From Octopus vulgaris (taxonomy: Eukaryota): DNA of 64,000 nucleotides. Made by a program: the position numbers and the translations under genes. The notes beneath the pieces were generated by a model that was not told the DNA's origin, did no database searches, and saw only the letters and a program-made list of their open reading frames with translations. The stretch covers positions 21,576,001 through 21,640,000 of the forward strand of contig OX597827.1 of NCBI GenBank assembly GCA_951406725.2, written 5' to 3'. Positions 1-11,082 of the stretch are shown here, one piece after another (position 1 is the first letter of the stretch; each line of letters begins with the position of its first letter).

Positions 1-292
1 GAACCACTGGATGGATTCGGATGAAACTTTCAGGGATGTTTGGCCTCATCACTGGCATGAACTGATTAGATCTTGGGATTGATCTGGTACCATACAAGGA
101 TTCATGATTATTTTTCCTGGTTTTTTACTTAATTTTTGAGAGCAGTCAGGTTCATTTTTAGTATTCTCGTTTGTGAGAGCAGTCGAGTTTATTTCAGATA
201 TTCTCATTTTTAAAAATCATCTCCAGCTAATTGTTGAGAGGACATTGGGGTTACCTTGGCAAAGGTTTAGTCTTTCTGAGTGCTCTTGTTAT
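1..292 (-). mobile_element. Non-autonomous DNA element (Helentron/HINE-like), partial
   Basis: Reverse complement of the element at 52173-52390 and 52995-53178 (aacaagagcactcag..aaac..gccaagg...; terminal hairpin tacctccgcc..ggtggaggta). The class assignment is tentative. Confidence 0.5.
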
Positions 293-344
293 TATAATTA
301 TTTGTTATATTCTTCATTATCTTGAAAAAAATCAGAATACCTTG

Positions 345-494
345 TGGCATTCTGAGTTCAAATTCTGCTAAAGTCAACTTTACTTTTCATCCTTTCAGGG
401 TCAATAAATTAAGTACCAGTGAAACTCTGGGGTCGATGTAATTGACTAGTCCCCTCCCCAAGAAATTTCAGGCCTTGTGCCTATAGTGGAAAGG

Positions 495-497
<3 letters not shown>
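345..497 (+). mobile_element. tRNA-derived SINE fragment (central domain ctttcatcctttcggggtcgataaattaagtaccag), followed by (ATT)n
   Basis: Same family as the copies at 19492, 38173 and 44529. The core resembles the Meta/MESC SINE domain (from memory). Confidence 0.75.
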
Positions 498-536
<39 letters not shown>

Positions 537-574
537 TTTATTTTTATTGTTATTATTATTATTAATATTATTAA

Positions 575-613
<39 letters not shown>

Positions 614-718
614 TATTATTATAATTATTTGTTATATTCTTCATTATCTTGAAAAAAATCCTTTTGTTTCTTTCAATTCTTTGTTGTTTAAATTTTGGTT
701 TATTTTACTTGTCCCTAG

Positions 719-811
719 AGTGCCTGTGATATTGAAGCTGAAGTGTTCGGTAAACCGTCACCTGAGTTTTTTAAAACTGCCCTCAAAGATATGAATTTAA
801 AACCTGATGAG
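719..811 (+). CDS. LHPP: LHPP (phospholysine phosphohistidine inorganic pyrophosphate phosphatase, HAD class IIA), internal coding exon, 93 nt
   Basis: Acceptor ...gtccctAG at 717-718. Translates SACDIEAEVFGKPSPEFFKTALKDMNLKPDE, with the HAD motif III GKP. Ends GAG|GCAAGT (GC donor). Matches LHPP 'YACGIKAEVVGKPSPEFFKSAL' from memory. Confidence 0.9.
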
Positions 812-1726
812 GCAAGTAAAAAAATTATTTGGTTTTTATTTTCTGCAATTAAATTTTATATTGTTATGTTTGTTCATAATTAAATGTTGAAATGGGTCAA
901 AATGTTATTTCTTCGTGCTGAGTGTGGAAGAAGGTGGGACAAAGCCAATGACCTTTGAAGGCCCTCTAAGATTGGTTAAGTCTTAGGCCCTTTAAGACTG
1001 TTGTTAATGTTCTGTTTAAAAATTGTGGCAGGTCTACAGCTGCAGGGAAGAGGAGATTCCAGTATGAGAAAAGAGGGAAAGCGGTGGCAGCAGCTGTGTG
1101 GGTCAGAGACTGGAGCATGTCCATTAGTGATGGAATGTCCACCAATCAAGCAGCCTTTTCTCTAAATGTGGTCAAAAATGCCTGTGTACAGCAGCAACAG
1201 TAGCAACTGTTCAAGAATTTGTACCTGGAGATCTCCATTTCCAGCGACTTCGAGGGCCACCTCCCAGTGGTGTCGGGCGTCAATGAAGAGCCCTCGACTA
1301 CAACAAGACGACCAAAGTTTTTTTGTTTGTTTTTCTAAGGTCTGAGGTCTCCCACCCCTAAGCCCTAGACCATCACCTAATCACCCTTACCTGTCTTGTT
1401 GCTTAACAACAACAACAACCACAGCAGTAGCAACATCTTTCCAAACATGAGAGCAAAACACCATTGAGGGTCCCACTTGCACCTTGTAGAATGTCAGCAG
1501 CTGTTGTAAACCAAAATATTTTCAAACTGTGAAGGGAATGACTAGTTTTTAGGATGGATCCTAGCTATACTAAGGAACTGCTTTTACCAGAAGAAATTCT
1601 TGTTGATAACAGGGTTCAGCATTTGGAAAGACCATGTAGTCACTGAGTGCTACTTGAGTTCAGTGTGGAGTCTGGTGTGGTGTGTAGTGTAATCTTGATA
1701 TATAAATGGGGCTGGTGTTTATTTTT

Positions 1727-2090
1727 CATCATCATCATCATCATCATTGTTTAATGTCCATTTTCCATGCTAGCATGGGTTGGATGGTTCAACTGGGGTC
1801 TGAGAAGCCAAGAGGCTACACCAGGCTCCAGTCTGATCTGGCAATGTTTTGACAGTTGGATGCCCTTCCTAACGCCAACCACTCCGAGAGTGTAGTGGGT
1901 GCTTTTTACATGCCACCAGTACAGGGGGTAGAGGAAGCTGGCAACGGCCATGATTGGCTGGTGCTTTTTATGTGCCACCTGCACAGAAGCCAGTAAAGCA
2001 GCGCTGGCATCGCTGTTTGGATGGTGCTTTTTACGTGCCACCGGCACATGTATCCCAGCTACAATTTCCATTTGATTTTCATTTTGATGT
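1727..2090 (-). mobile_element. 5'-truncated RTE LINE 3' UTR copy
   Basis: Matches the 3' UTR and tail of the RTE element at 58575-59620, including the ~60-bp internal repeats and the (GAT)n tail. Confidence 0.8.
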
Positions 2091-2565
2091 TGCTTTTAAA
2101 AAAAGACAAGAGTGACATGGCACCACCGAAAGATGTTTTCAAAGTGTCTGTGTATGGTGTCTAGGACATGCATGGCAGACACAGGGTTAGGTGAGGAGGA
2201 AGGGTCATGCCATCTGAATTAGAGCGGATGTTGCTAGATGTTGTGACAAGTTGGTTCCATTGATGTAAAGAAGGAAGAGAAAGAGAGTGACAGACAAAAC
2301 AAAGTTATCATGTGGCAAGTTGGTCTCATTTACATAGAAAGAAAAGACTGAAAAATGCATTTACCTTTAATTAATGCAAAACATTTGGGCAAAGAAAATC
2401 ATTAATTGTTGTACTCTGTAATTATGTTATGTATTTATTTATATCGCTTTCAATACAGAAAATAGGGGCTGGTTTAGAAATTGTCTTCCACTTGCTTCCA
2501 GGTTCAATGCATTGCATGGTACTTTAGGCAAATGTCTTTGACTCTTCAGTTACTTAATACCTTAC

Positions 2566-2825
2566 ATAAAAAGCACCATCCAAACAGCAATGCCAGCGCT
2601 GCCTTTACTGGCTTCCATGCAGGTGGCACGTAAAAAGCACCAGCCAATCACGGCCGTTGCCAGCCTCCTCTAGCCCCTGTACTAGTGGCATGTAAAAAGC
2701 ACCCACTACACTCTCGGAGTGGTTGGCATTAGGAAGGGCATCCAGCTGTCGAAATATTGCCAGATCAGATTGGAGCCTGGTGCAACCTCCTGGCTACCCA
2801 GACCCCAGTCGAACCGTCCAACCCT
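2566..2825 (+). mobile_element. RTE LINE 3' UTR copy, inverted relative to the copy at 1727-2090
   Basis: High-identity reverse complement of roughly 1775-2035. Confidence 0.8.
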
Positions 2826-3192
2826 TCAATAACTGATTGATGGAAAATGGGCAGGAGCCTGTCTTGTGTGTATGTGTGTGTATGTATTATGAACTCTCCC
2901 ATTGTTAAACAACAGACGAAGGTCCCACATGTTCTTGTTGAACAACCTCCTGCACAGATGATGTGTTTAGAGAGATCAAACGTTTGTGCTGTACACTGGA
3001 GCTCACTGCCTCCATCAAACAGACATTGCCCGAACAGGTACCCTAAGTGTGCCACATGTCACATGCTGAAATGGTTGCTGAGCAACATGAAACAAACTGT
3101 TTTGCTCAAAAACACAACGAACTGCCCAGTTTGAGAATTGAAACCATGATCTCATGATCATGAGCACAACACCCATACCACTGGGCCATGCA

Positions 3193-3241
<49 letters not shown>

Positions 3242-3314
3242 GTGTGCATATATATATGTGTGTGTGTGTGTGTGTACATATATATATTGTGTGTGTGTGT
3301 GTGTGTGTGTGTTA

Positions 3315-3373
<59 letters not shown>

Positions 3374-3579
3374 GTATATATTAGGTCTTATTTCTAGCAG
3401 GTAGATGCTTGTTAAGCATCATTACGCTTCGTACATTTATAATTCATAGCTATCTAATGCTATTGCACCTGTGATCCACCTATGTTGTTGCTGTTGATAT
3501 CATCAATTTTAAAATTTATCCACAGATGATATGAACAGTAGTGACATCTGATTTCAAATCTCAGTGTTTGAATGTTTTG

Positions 3580-3627
<48 letters not shown>

Positions 3628-3630
<3 letters not shown>

Positions 3631-3865
3631 TCATCATCATCATCATCGTTTAGCATCCGCTTTCCATGCTAGCATGGGTTGGACGGTTCAACTGGGATCT
3701 GGGAAGCCAGAAGGCTGCACCAGGCCCAGTCTGATCTGGCAATGTTTCTACGGCTGGATGCCCTTCCTAATACCAACCACTCAGTGATTTTAGTGGGTGC
3801 TTTTTACGTGCCAGACGAGGCTGGCAAATGGCCACGATCGGATGGTGCTTTTTACATGCCAGTCA
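3628..3865 (-). mobile_element. RTE LINE 3' UTR copy inserted in (TA)n
   Basis: Starts (cat)n-cgtttagcatccgc and contains ggatgcccttcctaa. Confidence 0.8.
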
Positions 3866-3873
3866 AGCGGTGC

Positions 3874-3917
<44 letters not shown>

Positions 3918-4109
3918 GTATATATATATAAATTTATAAATTTAAAATAATAAGGGTAAAAAATTGAATATTAATTTGATTAATATCAATTTAAAACCAG
4001 TTGTTTAGCATATTAAAATCTGAAGATACAGAAAAATTATATTATTTACATATATAAGTACAGTATGTATAAGTGAATATAAATAAATACAAATATAAAT
4101 ACAAACTAC

Positions 4110-4236
4110 ATCTTACAGCTGTTTCAGCCATGCAGATATGGGTATCTCATTATGCTTATATTAGCCATGTGTGATAAGTTAATATGTGGTTATAAATGAG
4201 ACACTTACAAAAATATCCCAAGGCCTCTTCAGAGAT
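4110..4236 (-). ncRNA. Type I hammerhead ribozyme with long stem II (Penelope-like/retrozyme-associated)
   Basis: Minus strand reads atct-CTGAAGA-ggcc...(~95 nt, with internally complementary gtgtctcatt/aatgagatac)...ggct-GAAA-cagct-GTA-agat. Stem I is atct/agat, stem III is the palindrome ACAGCTGT, and the cleavage triplet is GUA. Confidence 0.75.
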
Positions 4237-4911
4237 TATAAAGTACAAACTAAATTAAATATGAATATCAGAGGAGGTACACCCATACAAGAGTGGGTAC
4301 ATACCCATAATATATAATATATACATATATATGAGTGCATATACCCATACTCCTATATATATATATATATACATATACATAATAATATACAGAAATATAC
4401 ATACATATGTTCTATATTCAAGGTTACAGTTGGTCAAAACAATATATTAGAATATTACAATATACAAATATACACATATCTTTATTCAAATGCAGGCATA
4501 CAAAGTCAAGAGTTCATTATATTAAGTTACAAAATGTCATTAATATTACCATCGTTACTATTACCATTGCCACTATTGCTACTAATATCATTATTATTAT
4601 TATTATTAATAACATTAATACCAGCAAAACAATATATGCATCACACGGTTAGCAACATAATAGCAAAAACAACAACAGCAACAATAATACAGTACCATGC
4701 AAAGCATTATAGATTGGCAAATACATATAAAATGAAAAACATTAATTTACATCATAGCAAATTTCACAGGTGCACAAGTGTATACACGGGTGCCAGCCAT
4801 AATTTTGACCTTAATGTTCATACGTAGTGGTTTAATAAATTATGTGATTGGGTATTATCTGGTAGTATTTCTCCATTATTATCTGGTGTATTTCTCCATT
4901 TTCTTATTTTG

Positions 4912-5009
<98 letters not shown>

Positions 5010-5193
5010 ATATAAATAAGTAATAAAGATGTATAGGTGTCAATTCAACTGAATCTTATATATATATATAATAATAATATAGGGTAAAATTAATTAATTA
5101 ATTAATTAGTAATTAATAATTTTACCAAGTAGTCAGTACATTAAAAAAACCTTTTTAGGTGAATTATACAAAATATTCTATAATTATATACAT

Positions 5194-5364
5194 AATTGTA
5201 ATCAGGGGTCAGCTAAGTGCCTTGCCACATACTGAATTAGAAATAGATGCTAATGTCTTTTCAACTACCATAAATTGGAGGTTTTTATGGCAGTTGAAAA
5301 GACATCAGCATCTATTTCTAATTCAGTACATGGTAAGGCACTTGGCTGACCCCTGATTATAATT
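5194..5364. repeat. Fold-back palindrome, 81-bp arms, 9-nt loop
   Basis: 5194-5274 is the reverse complement of 5284-5364, with about 7 mismatches, all transitions. Confidence 0.92.
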
Positions 5365-5512
5365 CATCATCATCGTTTAATGTCCGTTTTCCGTGCTAGC
5401 ACGGGTTGGACGGTTTGACCAGGGTCTGGGAAGCCAGGTGGCTGCACCAGGATCCTGTCTGATCTGGCAGTGTTTCTACAGCTGGATGCCCTTCCTAACG
5501 CCAACTACTCCG
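5365..5512 (-). mobile_element. RTE LINE 3' tail copy
   Basis: catcatcgtttaatgtccg...ggatgcccttcctaacgccaac. Confidence 0.8.
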
Positions 5513-5860
5513 TGTATATAATTATAGAATATTTTATGTGTGTGTGTGTGTGTGTACGTGTATATGTGTATGTAATGTAATGTAAACTCTATATCTGTGT
5601 GTGTGAACCAAGCTTTGTGGCTGGAATTGAGTGAATGCAAACTATTTGCAAGATTGCTGGGATGGATTCTAGCCTTCTTGATTTTGTGAGAAGATTCCTT
5701 TAAGAGAACAAACATCTGTGAAACTGTTGGTTGCTTATGTCATAAATCAATAATTAAGTAATTAACATTAATTAAACAACTCGGTATTCATCACTAGAAT
5801 CAAAAACAAGCTTCATAATTTTCATTTGGCATATTTAAAAGATTTTTTTATCTTTTTTAG

Positions 5861-5952
5861 GTTGTTATGATTGGAGATGATATTGTCAACGATATTGGTG
5901 GGGCGCAGGCTGTTGGATTGAGGGGCGTTCAGGTGTGCACTGGAAAGTTTAG
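5861..5952 (+). CDS. LHPP: LHPP penultimate coding exon, 92 nt
   Basis: Polypyrimidine tract plus AG at 5859-5860. Translates VVMIGDDIVNDIGGAQAVGLRGVQVCTGKF(R), with HAD motif IV GDD...D. Donor AG|GTAAAA. In frame with the previous exon. Confidence 0.93.
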
Positions 5953-6639
5953 GTAAAAATATTTATAAAAGTTTACCTTCATATTTTAGTTTTGTTTTAT
6001 TTTACCATTACCGCCATCTTCATCATCATCATCATCATCCAGCTTCCATGGGTTGGATGGTTTGACGGAACCTAAGGAATGAGAGGACATCATCAAGTGG
6101 CTGTATCTACTCGGACATAGTTCCTGCAGGTGGGGAAAAAGAGTGGGGGATGAAGTTGAAAAGGTGATGCAATGAGTTATGTAAGGGGGTCAGGTATTCT
6201 TGGGTTATTTACTATTGCAGGGAGCAAATATAAACAGAAAGTGTGAAAGAAAGGCGGACAGGAGAGAAGTAATAGATTAGAGAGAAACCATGCCAAAGCA
6301 AACATAACCGACTTTAGTACCCTCATAGTGGTACCCTATATAATATCACTAAGTACCTCCAGTTGAAAGTTGTTTTCCGAGGAAATAACTTCAAATCTTG
6401 TTACAGTTATTATGTGGATGTCACTGAGACATAATTTTCCTTGCTCTATTTTTGCCAGACTAACAAAACAAATGTAAGTTTTACTCCTACTTTACAGATG
6501 ATTGGTTTGTGCTGTGGAGGTGGGGGATATTCAGCTGTAAAAATGTTGTATCTTCAACAAAATTATCCAACCACAACAAATTGGGGGGAAAAAAGGTAAA
6601 ACAATGAAAAGGATTTCTCAAGAAATGGTTATACTTTAC

Positions 6640-7030
6640 TTACTTTTTACTTTTTACTTGTTTCAGTCATGTGACCGTGGCCATGCTGGAGCACCGCCTT
6701 TAGTCGAGCAAATCGACCCCAGGACTTATTCTTTGTAAGCCTTGTACTTATTTTATCGGTCTCTTTTGCTGAACCGCTAAGTTACGGGGATGTAAACACA
6801 CCAGCATCGGTTGTCAAGCGATGTTGGGGGGACAAACGCAGACACACAAATATATACACATACATACATATATATGTACCAAATCCGTCTACCAAATCCA
6901 CTCACAAGGCTTTGGTCGGCCCGAGGCTATAGTAGAAGACACTTGCCCAAGGTGCCACGCAGTGGGACTGAACCCGGAACCATGTGGTTGGTAAACAAGC
7001 TACTTACCACACAGCCACTCCTACGCCTAC
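6640..7030 (-). mobile_element. tRNA-derived SINE with CR1-like 3' tail (other copies at 8410-8790, 9995-10061, 11095-11255, 30720-30870, 39950-40150, 62460-62670)
   Basis: Minus strand has a tRNA-like head (gtggctgtgtggtaag...gggttcagtccc) and tail ggcggtgctccagcatggccac..tgactgaaac. Confidence 0.8.
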
Positions 7031-7683
7031 TACACCACACTCCACTCCTACTATATCAACATAGTTTTGTTTTTCCAGTAGGTTTTTGTGCTCTCCATGT
7101 ACATCTGCACATCTTGCTTCGAATTCCAGTCCTTGACTAACTTGATTCAAAATAAAATGACATGCAGTTTCTTTCTGTGACAAATCTTCTCCCCCATTTC
7201 CCTCACCCCTATGATACCAGGCTACCCGCCGCCGCTCTACGTCACTGATACAATGTGTACACCGTTATCCAATTATTTTTCTACTACTTCCTCCACCCGT
7301 CACTCATTTTACACTAACCAAAAAATGCAGTAGAAAAATTATTTTTATCTTGCAACAAGAAGTGTTGTGATCCTGCATATCTCTGTTATCTGAGAAAATT
7401 TGAAATGTTTTTTTGTCAAATTATGTAAACAAGTTTACAGCACAATCTTGGGTTGATAAACTGAAAATGCACTTTGCAAAACAACTGTGAACAGGAAGTA
7501 CTCAGTGATATTAAGGTTAGGGTCACACGACGACGATACAAAAGCTGGTTATAATCTAAAAACAGGTGCAGAGATTATCTTTGTAAGAAGACAAATTATT
7601 TTAATGTGGCAGGATTCGAGATACTGCCAGAATAGAATCACTTAACTAAAAGCAAATTAATATTGAAATTTCATAAACATATA

Positions 7684-7894
7684 TCATCATCATCATCATC
7701 ATCATCGTTTAACGTCCGCTTTCCGCGCTAGCACGGGTTGGACGGTTTGACCGGGTCTGGGAAGCCAGGGGCCGCTCCAGGCTCCAGTCTGAATCTGGCA
7801 GAGTTTCTACGGCTGGATGCCCTTCCTAACGCCAACCACTCCGTGAGTGGATTGGGTGCTTTTTACGTGCCACCTGCACAGGGGCCGGAGGGTC
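7684..7894 (-). mobile_element. Young RTE 3' tail insertion present in duplication unit 1 only
   Basis: Interrupts the (AT)n that is uninterrupted in unit 2 (9441-9492). CpGs are retained. Confidence 0.88.
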
Positions 7895-9437
7895 TATATA
7901 TATATATACTAAGCAATAAAGGGTTTAGCAACGAATTGCCTTACCACAGACCGAATTTAGAAATAGCAGTCAAAAGTTATAGCTATTTCTTCTACTAAAA
8001 AGGGAGATCTCAGTAAAAAACACAGCAATTGGAAGTAATAGATTAGAGAGAAACCATGCCAAAGCAAACATAACCGACTTTAGTACCCTCATAGTGGTAC
8101 CCTATATAATATCACTAAGTACCTCCAGTTGAAAGTTGTTTTCCGAGGAAATAACTTCAAATCTTGTTACAGTTATTATGTGGATGTCACTGAGACATAA
8201 TTTTCCTTGCTCTATTTTTGCCAGACTAACAAAACAAATGTAAGTTTTACTCCTACTTTACAGATGATTGGTTTGTGCTGTGGAGGTGGGGGGGATATTC
8301 AGCTGTAAAAATGTTGTATCTTCAACAAAATTATCCAACCACAACAAATTGGGGGGAAAAAAGGTAAAACAATGAAAAGGATTTCTCAAGAAATGGTTAT
8401 ACTTTACTTACTTTTTACTTGTTTCAGTCATGTGACTGTGGCCATGCTGGAGCACCGCCTTTAGTCGAGCAAATCGACCCCAGGACTTATTCTTTGTAAG
8501 CCTTGTACTTATTTTATCGGTCTCTTTTGCTGAACCGCTAAGTTACGGGGATGTAAACACACCAGCATCGGTTGTCAAGCGATGTTGGGGGGACAAACGC
8601 AGACACACAAATATATACACATACATACATATATATGTACCAAATCCGTCTACCAAATCCACTCACAAGGCTTTGGTCGGCCCGAGGCTATAGTAGAAGA
8701 CACTTGCCCAAGGTGCCACGCAGTGGGACTGAACCCGGAACCATGTGGTTGGTAAACAAGCTACTTACCACACAGCCACTCCTACGCCTACTACACCACA
8801 CTCCACTCCTACTATATCAACATAGTTTTGTTTTTCCAGTAGGTTTTTGTGCTCTCCATGTACATCTGCACATCTTGCTTCGAATTCCAGTCCTTGACTA
8901 ACTTGATTCAAAATAAAATGACATGCAGTTTCTTTCTGTGACAAATCTTCTCCCCCATTTCCCTCACCCCAGCTGATACCAGGCTACCCGCTGCCGCTCT
9001 ACGTCACTGATACAATGTGTACACCGTTATCCAATTATTTTTCTACTACTTCCTCCACCCGTCACTCATTTTACACTAACCAAAAAATGCAGTAGAAAAA
9101 TTATTTTTATCTTGCAACAAGAAGTGTTGTGATCCTGCATATCTCTGTTATCTGAGAAAATTTGAAATGTTTTTTTGTCAAATTATGTAAACAAGTTTAC
9201 AGCACAATCTTGGGTTGATAAACTGAAAATGCACTTTGCAAAACAACTGTGAACAGGAAGTACTCAGTGATATTAAGGTTAGGGTCACACGACGACGATA
9301 CAAAAGCTGGTTATAATCTAAAAACAGGTGCAGAGATTATCTTTGTAAGAAGACAAATTATTTTAATGTGGCAGGATTCGAGATACTGCCAGAATAGAAT
9401 CACTTAACTAAAAGCAAATTAATATTGAAATTTCATA

Positions 9438-9494
<57 letters not shown>

Positions 9495-10178
9495 TAAGCA
9501 ATAAAGGGTTTAGCAACGAATTGCCTTACCACAGACCGAATTTAGAAATAGCAGTCAAAGAGTTATAGCTATTTCTTCTACTAAAAAGGGAGATCTCAGT
9601 AAAAAACACAGCAATTGGAAGTAATAGATTAGAGAGAAACCATGCCAAAGCAAACATAACCGACTTTAGTACCCTCATAGTGGTACCCTATATAATATCA
9701 CTAAGTACCTCCAGTTGAAAGTTGTTTTCCGAGGAAATAACTTCAAATCTTGTTACAGTTATTATGTGGATGTCACTGAGACATAATTTTCCTTGCTCTA
9801 TTTTTGCCAGACTAACAAAACAAATGTAAGTTTTACTCCTACTTTACAGATGATTGGTTTGTGCTGTGGAGGTGGGGGGATATTCAGCTGTAAAAATGTT
9901 GTATCTTCAACAAAATTATCCAACCACAACAAATTGGGGGGAAAAAAGGTAAAACAATGAAAAGGATTTCTCAAGAAATGGTTATACTTTACTTACTTTT
10001 TACTTTTTACTTGTTTCAGTCATGTGACTGTGGCCATGCTGGAGCACCGCCTTTAGTCGAGTAAAAAACACAGCAATTATATATATATATATATATATAT
10101 ATAGATATATTTGTAAAAAATGAAGTTCGAAAATGCTGCTATATTATACAATTTTTAATTTTTATATATATAATGCCT

Positions 10179-10501
10179 GTTAGGTGGTCAGTCCAGTGTA
10201 GCGTGACGTCATCAACGTTTTGACCAATCGTTTCGTTAGGTGGCTTAGTCAAGCAGAATGGGACGTCATCAGCATTCTGACCAATCGTGACCTATCGCTG
10301 TATTATAACTGCCTCTTGTCTGTATCCTGTTTTGACCAGTCGTTTCGTTAGGTGGCTTAGTCAAGCAGAACGGGACGTCATCAAGATTCTGCCCAATCAC
10401 GACTTATAGCTGCATTAGATCTGCCCCCTGTCTGTATTTTGTTAGGTGACTAGTCAAGCAGAAAGGTACGTCATCAATATTCTGACTAATCTCTGCCCCC
10501 T

Positions 10502-10503
<2 letters not shown>
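10179..10503. repeat. Four-copy minisatellite (gttaggtgg..agtcaagcagaa..gacgtcatca...gaccaatc), 56-112 bp units, with CRE-like and CCAAT motifs
   Basis: Units start at about 10179, 10235, 10347 and 10441. Perfect TGACGTCA at 10204-10211. Flanked by TA-rich tracts. Confidence 0.85.
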
Positions 10504-10534
<31 letters not shown>

Positions 10535-10537
<3 letters not shown>

Positions 10538-11010
10538 TTGTCATTTAATGTCTGCTTTCCATGCTGGCATGGGTTAGACGGTTTGACTGAGGACTGGTGA
10601 GCCAGAGGCTGCACCAGGCTCCAATCTGATCTGGTAAAGTTTCTACAGCTGGATGCCCTTCCTAATGCCAACCACTCTGAGAGTGCAGTGGGTGCTTTTA
10701 CATGCCACCAGCACAAGGGCCAGTGAGGCGGTCCTGACAACAACCATGCTCAAAAGGTCTTTTTTTTAACATGCTACCTGCACAGGAGCCAGTCTGACGG
10801 CACTGGCAATGACCATGCTCAAATGTTGTTTTTCACATGCCACCAGTACATGTGCTGGTAAGGCGATGCTGGCTACAATCATGCTCAAATGGTGCTTTTT
10901 TCGTGCCACCAGCATGGAAGCCAATCTGTGGCCCTGGCAATGATCACACTGGGATGTGCTTTTAACGTTCCACTGGCACGAGTGCCCATCAGGCGGTACT
11001 GTCATCAGCC
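10535..11010 (-). mobile_element. RTE LINE 3' UTR copy with several ~60-bp internal repeats
   Basis: Same family as 59170-59620. Confidence 0.8.
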
Positions 11011-11012
11011 AC

Positions 11013-11082
<70 letters not shown>

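Larger units (their letters stand above)
6266..10078. repeat. Recent tandem segmental triplication: units start at 6266, 8032 and 9618; the third unit is internally deleted
   Basis: Near-identical units beginning gaagtaatagattagagag. ORFs 6811-7140 and 8572-8901 are identical. Unit 3 jumps from ...tagtcgag (10061) to the unit end agtaaaaaacacagcaatt. Confidence 0.95.

Noticed and set aside
6811-8901. Two identical 109-aa ORFs suggesting a duplicated gene
   Set aside because: They are antisense readings of a SINE inside the tandem duplication
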